This document shows, one piece after another, positions 1 through 9,568 of a stretch of DNA of 47,266 nucleotides (position 1 is the stretch's first letter; each line of letters opens with the position of its first letter). Both the position numbers and the translations under genes were made by a program. Under the pieces are notes generated by a model. That model ran no database searches and was not told where the DNA came from. It was given only the letters and a program-made list of their open reading frames with translations. Source of the stretch: Trichomonas gallinae (lineage: Eukaryota); contig MRSU01010316.1 of assembly GCA_008369845.1 (NCBI GenBank), forward strand, positions 1-47,266. The letters are read 5' to 3'.

Positions 1-80
1 GACGACCATGGGATTCGAACCCACGCGGATAAATCCACGGGATTAGCAATCCCGCGCCTTAACCACTCGGCCAAGCCGTC
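1..80 (-). tRNA. tRNA-Ser (anticodon GCT); discriminator base probably just outside the window
   Basis: Reverse complement reads GACGGCTTGGCCGAGTGGTTAAGGCGCGGGATTGCTAATCCCGTGGATTTATCCGCGTGGGTTCGAATCCCATGGTCGTC. It has acceptor stem GACGGCT/GGTCGTC, a D-loop GG, anticodon arm CGGGA-TTGCTAA-TCCCG, a long variable arm GGAT/ATCC typical of Ser, and T-loop GTTCGAATC. Confidence 0.96.
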
Positions 81-520
81 CATCTGATTATTATTGTTGA
101 TAGTGTACCCTTCATATGTTATGCGAATAAAATTTGTTTGGAAAATCTGAAACTTCGGGGAAAACAGAATGAGCAGAATAATATTATCTCTGAATGATTA
201 TAGCATTTTATTATAGTATATTCTACATCTCCATATAATGCGTGTATTTTATTGCTTCAATTTAGATAATGCCTATCATTATTTGTCAATTTTGCGATTT
301 TAATCCAACACTAATGAATTTGATCGCTTGTTTGAGAATATTGATATTAATATGATGCATATCATGTTTGCGTCTTCAAAATGATGGATTACGATCGAAA
401 CTAAATCGAATTGTTTCATCAAACTGATTTTTTGATATAAATGGATTCCATATCATATATATGTTTCATATTTGCTATTTCTGCGGATTTTGAAAAAGTC
501 GTTTTTATTTTTCTAAAATT

Positions 521-525
521 TCATA
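521..525 (+). promoter_or_regulatory. Inr-like element TCATA
   Basis: Matches the trichomonad initiator TCA(T/C)(T/A), 3 nt before the ATG at 529. This is rather close to the ATG. Confidence 0.45.
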
Positions 526-528
526 AAA

Positions 529-3500
529 ATGCTGCACAAAGTTGGAATCTTCGAATTCGAAGATGATCTTTGTGCAGCATTGAATGAGACTGACTTTCGG
601 GCATTTGATGTTTGTGAAATTAAGAATGTCTTCAAGTCTCGACTCACTCGTGAATATTATGAAGTTCTTTGGAAGTTTTTCAAGCAGAAATACGTATTAA
701 ACGAGAAAGTTTTGCAATTTCGCCAAATGAAACTATTCCAAGATGGATATATTAGATTACGATATTTCAAACTTAAGTTTTACTTCCGAAAATGGAAACA
801 AATATATAAATGTCAAAGCGAATCATCCGTATTATCCGAAAGATCGCGCGTATTGTCTGAAATTTCATCAATTAAAATCGAACCTTCAGAAAGCTGGGTT
901 GATTTCATTACAGGTTTGGTCAAAAAGGACGAGAAAAAGCCAGGGCAAAAACTTTCTGAGGTTTATACATATTCGAAATATATGAACGTTTGGAGGAACA
1001 AATTGCTCGCGAAAAAGAAGATGAAATTCAAACAGTGGAAGACTTTGATGGATATTTGCCACAAAGATACAATTATCAAAGAAAAAATATTTGATGCAAA
1101 TGAAAAATGGAAAATTTTTGTTTCTAAACTGAAAATTATGCATACACAACAAGAGTGTAGTAAATACAAACGAATTAAAATGTTCATTGACTTAGTAAAT
1201 AAATATATCGAATATAATAAAGAAAAGGAACAAAAAATGCATGATGAATATCTAATACAAAGGATGTTTTCTTTGTGGCTTGCTAAATTTTCATATATTA
1301 GCTCAATTGACAATGATTTAACACTCGAATTAGTTTTACCAAGTGGAATCAATGAAGAAACGGATAAATTCGTCGATGTTCCAAGTTCTGATAACTTTCA
1401 AGTCATTTCGAGCGTTGTTTGTTCACAAAGAAAACAAAAACTTAAGAAATCACAAAAATTATATGATTTTGAAGAGCCAAATGATATATCGGTGTCTACA
1501 CTTGATCCACTTGCTAATTTCACTTCTAAACCTGAAATTCCAGAAATTCAACAGCAAAATTCACCAAAACGAAAGAAACAACGCAAAGTCAGTATAGAAA
1601 CAGATGACACTCAGGAAAGTCAGTCAGAAAGCTCAAGAGCAAAGAGAAAGAAGAAACCTGAAATAATTTCAAGAGATATCGAAAGCTCGCCACAAAGTAT
1701 GAAGAGTGGGAAGAGCTTTTCCAGTATCTCAGAAGATTTATGCACCCCAGTTCTTCACATTCCACAGCCATTATTCACTGCATCTCCATTAATCAAAAAG
1801 AGAAAGAAACATTATGAGAATCAGCCACTTTGCAGTACAGCAAAGACACAGCCACCTCCTCTTCCTGTTCCTGGAATCAAAAATGGCAAAAAGAAGAAAC
1901 AAAACAAAATTGATTTCGAATTTGATGAAATTCAGCAAATTTTCGAAGATGAAATCTTCAATATCATTGAATTCCACATAAACTCATCAACTAACTCATT
2001 ATTTAGCCTCTACAAATTGCACAACGAAGAAAACATCATCAAAGAAGTCGTCGAGAATCAGAAGAAGAAGAAAAGATCGAAAACTCCACAAGGACACAAG
2101 AAGAAGCAGTTTATTCCCATTCCAGAAGAAGCACACCACGCTTCTCTCATTGAGGAAGACGAATACGCAGCGACATTGGATCCTTCTCCTGTCATAAAGC
2201 TTCGAAAAGCTCACAAGAAGAAGCACAAATCTCAAAACGACGACGTTTCGACAACTTTAGACGAAGAAACACCAAAAAGGAAGAAGAAAGTTAAGAAACA
2301 TGCTTCAACACTTGATGAGAGCACAACACAGACTCTTGAAGAAACATCAACAAAGAATGAAAGCTCACTTATTGGTGACGAAACTTCATCACAAAAGAAT
2401 AACGAGTCATTTACTTCTGAAACATCTCGAACGAAGAAGGTTTCATTCAACAATGAAGAAATTTCACGCCTGAAGCATGAGTTTGCAACTTTACAAAATC
2501 CTCAAAACAACAATGAATCAGTCAACGAAGAAAAAGTTTCACCACAAAAGAACAATGAAGAAACTCCTCAAATCAAACAAAATATTAAGACTTATAATGA
2601 GAAAATTAAAGAAAAAACTCCTAATAATAAAGAAGATTCTCACAATAATGATCAACAAGTTATTGTTAGAGAAGAAAAAATTTCACTAGATATGAATGAA
2701 AATTCTCAAACTATTACTGAGTCTGTCAATGGAGGAGAATTTCCAAAGAAGAAACATAAAAAGCACAAATCTCAAAACAGTGAAATTATTAATACTGAGC
2801 CAGAAACCACTGTTGAAGAAGATGTTCCTAAGTCAGAGGAGCCACCAAAGAAGAAGAAACGTAAAGCTCATTCGCAGAAGACAGATTCTTCTCTAGATTT
2901 GTCAACAACATTTGATGATGAGCTCTCTCAGCTGAGCCAAAGTAAATCAGCAACAATAGAAGAAGATGTTTCTAAAATAGAAGAACTTCCTAAAAAGAAG
3001 AAACGTAAAGATCATTCGCCAAAGGCAGACTCTTCTTCTCTCGATTTGTCGACAACATTGGATGAACTCTCACAGCTGAGCCAAATCAAAACAGTAATTG
3101 TTGAAGAAGATGTTCCTAAGTCAGAAGAACCACCAAAGAAGAAGCGCAAAGCACATTCACAGAAAACAGATTCTTCTCTAGATTTGTCTGTCGCACTCGA
3201 TGAAATGTCACAAAACAAATCAGTAGTTGATGAAATTACTCCAAAGAAGAAGCACAGAAAGCACAAAACCGATCTCGATATCAATCTCTTAGACAAATTG
3301 TTCTCTCAAGCAATCAACGAAACAGTTTGTAACTCAATAAATTATGATGTCGATGCTGCATCATCACTTGAATACGTCAATGAGCCAAAGACTAAGCAAG
3401 AATTCAAGCTTGATAACTCAAACCTTTCTGTTTCTCTTGATGAAACAATCAAAGCAGAGATCGAAAATGTCATCGAAAAATCAGTCATTGCTGTTGAAAT

Positions 3501-5811
3501 TAATCACGATGATGACTTCAAGACAAGAATGCATAAAGATGCTGATTCGGAGAGTGTTAAATCCAGCAAGTCAAAGAAGAGCCAAAACACTTCGGAGTTC
3601 GAGTCAGAAAGTCGCAGTGCTTCTATCCGCAAGCCAGCAATTCCATTTGTTGACTCTCTTCAAGAATTCGCATCAACAAATCTCAACATTCTCGACGATG
3701 AAGACTTAGATTCAATCGGCAAGATGCTAGACCAAACCTTAATAGACACTGTCAATCGCGCAAGGCCAAGCGAAACCATAATTATAGAACCAACAATCGA
3801 AATCAAAGATAAAAATGAAGAATTAATTATTAATGAAGAAGAAGAAATCATCAGATATGAAGAAGAATTTATTGAAGAAGAAGAAGAATGGATGCAGCCA
3901 GAAAAGGTTGAAATTGTTGAAGAAGACAACAAAGGTGGAGGCGGAATTAAACCAACCAGAAGTGTCAAGGAGCTAATTCTTGCTCCATGGATTCATCTTG
4001 ATGAGAAAATATTTGTAACTGTTTATGAAAATCTTTTGGATGATTGTGTTAAATCAAGATGCGAAATTGTTGATTTTGCTCTGTCAGAAGTTGCTGATTG
4101 CACTGAATTCAAGAGCATTGAGCTTTCTCCTGTTAATCGCTTGATCACTGATTTCCTTTTCGAATCATTCGAGTCAACAATTCTTTCAACAGCAGCAACA
4201 GCTGCCACCAGCAACACAGATACAATCAAAAGAATTGTCTACAAAAAGCACCACAAAGGAAACACATCTTTCAACTCCTCCTCTTTCATTTCTGCATACA
4301 ACGAAAATGAATTTGTTGCCAGCGACTTCCCAGACTACTTCTCTGGCATTGTAGAAGATTTAGTTTCTCATTCATTCTCGCAGCTTACAGACACAACAAT
4401 AGCCATAAGAGGAGAAATCTTGAATAAACTGCAAGAAGTCGAAGAAAAATCAACTAACGAAGACGAAAAAGGTGGAATTAAGCCATCCAGAAGTGTCAAA
4501 GAGCTGTTTTTGCCAAAATTTGATGGAAAGAAACCTGAGCAAGATGAAACTGAAGAAGAAGAATCAATCATTGAAGACAAAACAGGTGGAGGTGGAATTA
4601 AACCAGCACGAAGTGTCAAGGAACTATTTTTGCCAACACTTGGCGAAAAAATGCCTGAGCAAGATGAAACTGAAGAAGAAGAATCAGCCAATGAAGACAA
4701 AACAGATGTCAAGGAACTATTTTTGCAAACACTAACTGATAAGATACCTGATGATGCAGTAGAAGAGGAACATGATGAAAATGAAAAACAAGTAAATGAT
4801 AATGATGAAAAAGTTGAAGAAAAGCATGAGAGGCAAGGAATTATTAAAGAAGATGTTGATGATAAAAAACTTGAGCCACCAAATAATAATGTTGAAACTG
4901 AAGATAAGAAATACGACGAAAATCGCAAAGATGAAAAAGTTGAAGAAAAGCATGAAAGACAAGGAATTATTAAAGAGGATGTTGATGAGAAAGAAAATGA
5001 TGGAGCTGACCATATGCAAGAAATATTATATCATAGCCAGGAAGTAGAAGAAATTGGACTGAGCGATGAAGAAGAAGAGGAAAGACAATTCAAGTCAGTT
5101 CCAGACTCAATTCTTCTCCTTGGAGTTCCAAGCACTTTCATTATGATTGACTCTCAGACTGGAGAAGAAGAAGAAAATGAAAACAGCTACAACGACCAAG
5201 AATCGGATTCGAAGTCAATGGAAGAAAAAGTCATTTCACGCGACATTCCAGCCAACTTCGACGACTCCTTAACATCACCACAAGAAAAATCTCCAATTCA
5301 CTCTCCAAGCTTCTTGACAGTGAAAGGAATGAGACACGTCACGTTTAACTTCGCAGTGCCTCGTCCCAACAGTTACTCGAACATCCCCAAAGTCAACCCG
5401 ATGAGTTTTGACGAAGCATTATTCAGCAGGTCACTAACGAATGCAATAAAAGATGTTGCGACAATCACGCTGCCTGACATCAGGGAGATTCCGCTAGAAG
5501 GACAGATCTTCTTCCACGAGCACAAAGAAAGAATGCAGCAGATTAGGCAATACTTGGCGAAAAATTACATTTTCGATCCGTCAGATTTTGACATTTCATT
5601 TGCTGTTGCGATCGGCTCAGTTGCTGCTTCAAACATCAGGAATATACTAAACAATCTTCACCCGCAGCTTGTTCCTTACAAAGATGACCCGACTCAGACT
5701 TTCTGGAGAGAAGCAGTTCCAATTAAAGTCGAAAGGAAGACAAGCAATGTTTCTGATGGTTTCGCACTTCCTGACTTCCTTGGTGTTTCACCAATGCGTA
5801 ACAATTACTAG
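529..5811 (+). CDS. Large (1760 aa) K/E/S-rich low-complexity protein with internal repeats; N-terminal Trp-containing Sfi1-like motifs
   Basis: 5.3-kb uninterrupted ORF with ATG in AAAAATG context, many KKKRK clusters, acidic tracts and tandem peptide repeats. No catalytic motif recognised. Confidence 0.85.
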   Translation: MLHKVGIFEFEDDLCAALNETDFRAFDVCEIKNVFKSRLTREYYEVLWKFFKQKYVLNEKVLQFRQMKLFQDGYIRLRYFKLKFYFRKWKQIYKCQSESSVLSERSRVLSEISSIKIEPSESWVDFITGLVKKDEKKPGQKLSEVYTYSKYMNVWRNKLLAKKKMKFKQWKTLMDICHKDTIIKEKIFDANEKWKIFVSKLKIMHTQQECSKYKRIKMFIDLVNKYIEYNKEKEQKMHDEYLIQRMFSLWLAKFSYISSIDNDLTLELVLPSGINEETDKFVDVPSSDNFQVISSVVCSQRKQKLKKSQKLYDFEEPNDISVSTLDPLANFTSKPEIPEIQQQNSPKRKKQRKVSIETDDTQESQSESSRAKRKKKPEIISRDIESSPQSMKSGKSFSSISEDLCTPVLHIPQPLFTASPLIKKRKKHYENQPLCSTAKTQPPPLPVPGIKNGKKKKQNKIDFEFDEIQQIFEDEIFNIIEFHINSSTNSLFSLYKLHNEENIIKEVVENQKKKKRSKTPQGHKKKQFIPIPEEAHHASLIEEDEYAATLDPSPVIKLRKAHKKKHKSQNDDVSTTLDEETPKRKKKVKKHASTLDESTTQTLEETSTKNESSLIGDETSSQKNNESFTSETSRTKKVSFNNEEISRLKHEFATLQNPQNNNESVNEEKVSPQKNNEETPQIKQNIKTYNEKIKEKTPNNKEDSHNNDQQVIVREEKISLDMNENSQTITESVNGGEFPKKKHKKHKSQNSEIINTEPETTVEEDVPKSEEPPKKKKRKAHSQKTDSSLDLSTTFDDELSQLSQSKSATIEEDVSKIEELPKKKKRKDHSPKADSSSLDLSTTLDELSQLSQIKTVIVEEDVPKSEEPPKKKRKAHSQKTDSSLDLSVALDEMSQNKSVVDEITPKKKHRKHKTDLDINLLDKLFSQAINETVCNSINYDVDAASSLEYVNEPKTKQEFKLDNSNLSVSLDETIKAEIENVIEKSVIAVEINHDDDFKTRMHKDADSESVKSSKSKKSQNTSEFESESRSASIRKPAIPFVDSLQEFASTNLNILDDEDLDSIGKMLDQTLIDTVNRARPSETIIIEPTIEIKDKNEELIINEEEEIIRYEEEFIEEEEEWMQPEKVEIVEEDNKGGGGIKPTRSVKELILAPWIHLDEKIFVTVYENLLDDCVKSRCEIVDFALSEVADCTEFKSIELSPVNRLITDFLFESFESTILSTAATAATSNTDTIKRIVYKKHHKGNTSFNSSSFISAYNENEFVASDFPDYFSGIVEDLVSHSFSQLTDTTIAIRGEILNKLQEVEEKSTNEDEKGGIKPSRSVKELFLPKFDGKKPEQDETEEEESIIEDKTGGGGIKPARSVKELFLPTLGEKMPEQDETEEEESANEDKTDVKELFLQTLTDKIPDDAVEEEHDENEKQVNDNDEKVEEKHERQGIIKEDVDDKKLEPPNNNVETEDKKYDENRKDEKVEEKHERQGIIKEDVDEKENDGADHMQEILYHSQEVEEIGLSDEEEEERQFKSVPDSILLLGVPSTFIMIDSQTGEEEENENSYNDQESDSKSMEEKVISRDIPANFDDSLTSPQEKSPIHSPSFLTVKGMRHVTFNFAVPRPNSYSNIPKVNPMSFDEALFSRSLTNAIKDVATITLPDIREIPLEGQIFFHEHKERMQQIRQYLAKNYIFDPSDFDISFAVAIGSVAASNIRNILNNLHPQLVPYKDDPTQTFWREAVPIKVERKTSNVSDGFALPDFLGVSPMRNNY
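2812..3225 (+). repeat. ~3 x 144-nt coding tandem repeat (48 aa; EEDVPKSEEPPKKKKRKAHSQKTDSSLDLSTT...)
   Basis: Unit starts at 2812, 2956 and 3100 share gaagaagatgtt(c/t)ctaa. Period is exactly 144 nt. Confidence 0.9.
4471..4730 (+). repeat. ~2.2 x 120-nt coding repeat (GGIKPxRSVKELFLP...EQDETEEEES); a further isolated copy near 3940
   Basis: ggtggaattaa...agtgtcaa at 4471 and 4591, a partial gtcaaggaactatttttg at 4708, and ggcggaattaaaccaaccagaagtgtcaagg at ~3940. Confidence 0.88.
4804..4988 (+). repeat. Duplicated ~59-nt coding segment (DEKVEEKHERQGIIKEDVD), period 126 nt
   Basis: gatgaaaaagttgaagaaaagcatga...caaggaattattaaaga at 4804 and 4930. Confidence 0.9.
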
Positions 5812-5915
5812 TTTTTTTGTTTGTTTTTATATTAATATTTAAAATGTATTTATCATGATAAATATTTAACAAAAATCTATCTAATATGACAAAATAACAA
5901 GCTCTATAATGAAAA

Positions 5916-6437
5916 TTATCGAATTCCAAGATGTTGAGATAATTCTGGACGAACAAAATAAAGAGAAGGCTCCGGAGATGGCGTCCTTACATTTCCAAAG
6001 ATCTGTAAAGAACGAACTCTTGAGTTTTTGCCGTCATTGTAGTTTCTTATAATCAATATTGCCAAAAATATTGCTTCTTTTTCTATAGAAAATGTATTAA
6101 CTCCATTTATGACTTCTAAAGTAAACTTTCCTAGCGATTCCATGCTATTTGGATGATTTCCAACGCTAATTTCGATTTGAAAAGGCGCGTAGTTATCATC
6201 TAGAGTCGAAACTGCTATTTTAACTAACGATATGAATGTTTTTCTAGAGAACTGCGCAATTATTTGATGCGGAAGAGTGCCAGCTGACTGCCAATAAGTA
6301 TCTTTGTTCCCATCGAAGAGGTTTTCGATCCCGCTGCCAGGCTGTGTCGATGAAACAGACCAAACCGCTTGAGACGTGATGTTGTTGAACAGACAAGTCC
6401 CTGGTTTTTCATCCCTCAAAGAAAAATCGCTTCTCAT
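5916..6437 (-). CDS. APC10: Anaphase-promoting complex subunit 10 / DOC1-domain protein
   Basis: Typical DOC motifs: WSVSS, L.DG...TYWQS.G..PH.I...F, D.NY.P..I.I..G, N...GKN.RVR.L.IFG. Confidence 0.9.
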   Translation of the reverse strand: MRSDFSLRDEKPGTCLFNNITSQAVWSVSSTQPGSGIENLFDGNKDTYWQSAGTLPHQIIAQFSRKTFISLVKIAVSTLDDNYAPFQIEISVGNHPNSMESLGKFTLEVINGVNTFSIEKEAIFLAILIIRNYNDGKNSRVRSLQIFGNVRTPSPEPSLYFVRPELSQHLGIR

Positions 6438-6469
6438 TTTTTTAGTAAAAAAAACTCTATAACAATTAA

Positions 6470-6473
6470 TTTA
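6470..6473 (-). terminator. TAAA polyadenylation signal overlapping the stop codon
   Basis: AAA TAA A on the minus strand. UAAA fused to the UAA stop is the described T. vaginalis poly(A) signal. Confidence 0.5.
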
Positions 6474-7838
6474 TTTCTTGGCACCCCAACCATTTGAACC
6501 TCCAGCACCCCAACCGTTTAAACCTCCAGAGGCACCACCTGCAGTTCCCCATCCGTTATTTGTCTTAGGAATGCTCCAAGTGGATGATGTGTTTGTTTGG
6601 GGCTTGGCGAAACTGAATCCTGTTTTCGGAGGAGCTGCTGGTGCTGCAGAAGGAGCAGCAGCAGGAGCAGCAGTTGGAGCAGGTGGAGCAAGAGCACTCC
6701 AGTCATCCTGCTGAGCTGGTTGTGCTGCTGGGGCTGCTGGTGGCTGTGCTGCAGCTGCTGGTTTGCCGAGTGGTGCCATGACTTGGCCGAATCCGTTTGT
6801 CTTTGGAGCTGTCGGTGCTGCAGCTGCTGGCTGTGTTGCTCCCATTGGTTTTGGTGCAGTCAAGCCCACCCCAGGTGATTTTCCTAATGTAGGCATAGTC
6901 AGGTTAAACTTGCTTGTTGGCGCAGCTGGTTGTGCTGGAGCTGCAGGAGCTGGCTGTGCTGCAGGTGTTGGTGCTGGATCTGCAGGAGCTGGCTGTGCAA
7001 CAGGAGTAGAAGCCGGTGCAGCAGCTGGAGTTGTTGGGGCACCAGGAGGCTTCGAAAGATTAAGATTGAGTGAAGGAGTGCCAAGTTTAGGAGCTGTTGA
7101 TGTAGTTGATGAGCCTGGAAGATTGAGACTGAGTTTAGGAGCAGCTGGTGCAGTAGAAGCGCCTGGAATGTTGAGCTTGGGTGCTGCTGGAGTAGTAGAT
7201 GTTCCTGGAAGATTGAGGCTGAGTTTAGGAGCTGCAGTTGATGATGCTGGAGTTTCGAGTTTTGGAACTGTTAGAGAAAGAGAACCAGCGGCTGGTTTGG
7301 TTCCACCGAGATTAAGTGAGAGTGTATTTGGCTTCTTATCGTCTGTTTTAGGTGCTCCGAGATTTAATTGCGGCATTCCAGTGCCAAGTTTTGGTAATGC
7401 GGATGAAGAAGATCCATCTGACATTCCCAATTGAAGGCCACCTGTTGATGGTGTCGCCAAGCCGCCAAGCTTGAGATTGATTTTGCCCAAAGCTCCTGGC
7501 TTGGATGCAGCTGGCGCTGCTGCTTTAGTTGGTTCAGGTATAGGTTCTTCTTCGATGACTGGTGGAGGAATAATGTCTATTAACTCTGTGCAGAGATTTG
7601 GTTTGAATTTTTCTTTTCTTTCATAATTTTGAGGAATAATCGATAATGTTGTATTTGTCGCCTGCTGTTTATAGATTTTCTTTGGTGTAAGTGGATTTAA
7701 GTCGATTTTAAAATCTTCGTCGAATGTATTGTAGTAAAAACTCTGTTCTTGTTGGCGTGGATACTCAGGGAACTGGATCTGATCCACTTCAGCCTTGTCC
7801 CTGCCAAAGGAAAAAAGTCGTTTTAAAAGAGAAGTCAT
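6471..7838 (-). CDS. Pro/Ala/Thr-rich disordered protein with PKL(S/N)L repeats and a C-terminal NGWG repeat; possible nucleoporin-like protein
   Basis: 455-aa ORF with strong coding codon pattern (GCA/GCT/CCA). Repeats APKLSLNLPG and APKLNIPG, then GFSF, then NNGWG/LNGWG/SNGWG. Confidence 0.85.
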   Translation of the reverse strand: MTSLLKRLFSFGRDKAEVDQIQFPEYPRQQEQSFYYNTFDEDFKIDLNPLTPKKIYKQQATNTTLSIIPQNYERKEKFKPNLCTELIDIIPPPVIEEEPIPEPTKAAAPAASKPGALGKINLKLGGLATPSTGGLQLGMSDGSSSSALPKLGTGMPQLNLGAPKTDDKKPNTLSLNLGGTKPAAGSLSLTVPKLETPASSTAAPKLSLNLPGTSTTPAAPKLNIPGASTAPAAPKLSLNLPGSSTTSTAPKLGTPSLNLNLSKPPGAPTTPAAAPASTPVAQPAPADPAPTPAAQPAPAAPAQPAAPTSKFNLTMPTLGKSPGVGLTAPKPMGATQPAAAAPTAPKTNGFGQVMAPLGKPAAAAQPPAAPAAQPAQQDDWSALAPPAPTAAPAAAPSAAPAAPPKTGFSFAKPQTNTSSTWSIPKTNNGWGTAGGASGGLNGWGAGGSNGWGAKK

Positions 7839-8379
7839 CGAAAATTTTAGATTTTTTTTGAGGACATTGCAAATTTTGTTTTGCTTTTTTCTCTTTATCT
7901 GGTTGTTTTTACAAAGAAATAAATATAAATTTGCATTATATGCAATCTAAACTATCTTTTTATTAAGACGATTTTCAAAAATATTAATAATTAAATTACC
8001 AATGAAAAATCATTAATAATATATAGCATTTTGCATTTATAAATTATGTATATTAGAAAGAATATATTATAAAATCACTATAGTAATTACTTATAAACTT
8101 ATTTTTTTCTATTATCAGAAGTTAAATTTAAAAATTAGAAAGATAACACTATAATTTCTCCTTTTATTATGCATTTATTCATTGAAATAATGCTAGTGTT
8201 ATTAATAATTAAATCATTATATAAATATAATTACATCAAAAATTTATATACAATAATATAATACCCTAATTTGCTTGTTATTGATGTGTGATAGAAAAAT
8301 AGTATATTTAATACATAAACTGGTTAATAAATAAACAAACAAAAAATAATATTATCTTACAAAGATAATAAAAACTGCA

Positions 8380-9522
8380 TTAATCAAATGGATTACCATA
8401 ATCTGTTTGGTAGCTCTGGTATGACATTGCTTGCTGTGCAATGCTGAGCGTTTCAAAGACAGCATGCCAGTGCATGAATGATTTTCCAGCCTCGTCGATC
8501 AAGAAGCAGTTTGGAGTCTGTGAGAAAGGGCTGTTGTAAACGTGGAAAGTAATTCCTTGAGATCTTTTGATAATAAAACAATTAGCAAAAGTATTTGAGT
8601 AAGAGCCTGTAATGGGCTTATGTAGATCGAAAACTTGTTCTCCTGGAGTAAACCAATCGTTATAGGCTTTCGAACAACATAATAGCTGATGAATCTTCTC
8701 TAAAACGTTGTCTTCTGGGGCAAACCGTGCAAAGAAGGTGCAGAACTCCGGCATGGTAATGGTATAAGGGTGCTCATGCGTGATAACGTATGTTAACATT
8801 TTTCTTGCAGTGTCATAAAGGTTCAAATTATAGTTCTTTAGATACTGTGAGAATTGTGTTTGTTGTGCATCAAATGAAAATGCGTCTTTTGAAGATGATT
8901 TTGAGAAAGATGAGCAAAACTTTTTTGTTGCAGCATCCAAGAATGCTGGAAAGCTGTACGCCCATATGCAGCTGTTTTGAACAATATCTTCCCATAAAAA
9001 GATTGCTTCAACTTTAAGCCGCGTATTATCTTCAGGGAAAGGCGTGTATATTCTAACATTCTCCAAAAGCGGAACGTGCAACGCCTGATAGTTGAACTGT
9101 GGGCTCGCTTCATTGACATCTCTTCGATTATCGATTGATATCAAATCATTTTCGGTAGATTGCTGAGTAAAACCATCACATTTCCAGAAGGTATATGTTG
9201 AGGATCTCGGCTGGCTCTGTTGGAACTTGCAAGATCTCAATTTAAAGTTAACAGTATTTAATTGAGATTTAATAACTTCAGCATATCTAGTTTTTTCCAA
9301 TGCAAACTCAGTCGGACTCACCCACCATGCTCCCAGGTTTCTCTGGAAGTTTTTATCCGAACTTGCCCATTTCATCAAGTGCCATAATCGAAATGCGAAT
9401 CCCTGGTTCACCGGAGCCTTGCCTTTTGTCCTCTGGTTGTTAATCAGCTCCTCTGGGATGAAAGAGCGAAACTGGTCGACGTCCATGAGGGGGGGTTGAG
9501 GGGGCTCCCTGTTCACCGCCAT
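8380..9522 (-). CDS. IBP39-family initiator-binding-domain (IBD) transcription factor paralog, apparently with the IBP39 C-terminal domain
   Basis: N-terminal F..RLWHL...LGAWWVSPTEF.LEK...A.V....LNTVNF.LR...F.Q......WK.DGFT..S mirrors the IBD winged helix. C-terminal F..F.A.F.PE.....KI..LL and NCF..., VYN.P, FLIDE.G..F..W match my recollection of the IBP39 C-domain. Confidence 0.85.
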   Translation of the reverse strand: MAVNREPPQPPLMDVDQFRSFIPEELINNQRTKGKAPVNQGFAFRLWHLMKWASSDKNFQRNLGAWWVSPTEFALEKTRYAEVIKSQLNTVNFKLRSCKFQQSQPRSSTYTFWKCDGFTQQSTENDLISIDNRRDVNEASPQFNYQALHVPLLENVRIYTPFPEDNTRLKVEAIFLWEDIVQNSCIWAYSFPAFLDAATKKFCSSFSKSSSKDAFSFDAQQTQFSQYLKNYNLNLYDTARKMLTYVITHEHPYTITMPEFCTFFARFAPEDNVLEKIHQLLCCSKAYNDWFTPGEQVFDLHKPITGSYSNTFANCFIIKRSQGITFHVYNSPFSQTPNCFLIDEAGKSFMHWHAVFETLSIAQQAMSYQSYQTDYGNPFD

Positions 9523-9568
9523 GGAAAATATATATATTTACGCGTCAAAAAATTTTGGATTGAAAGCA

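Noticed and set aside
6478..7434. Long plus-strand ORFs (e.g. 6763..7434) opposite the Pro/Ala-rich gene
   Set aside because: Antisense shadows of GCA/GCT/CCA codon repeats that lack stops; no independent coding signal.
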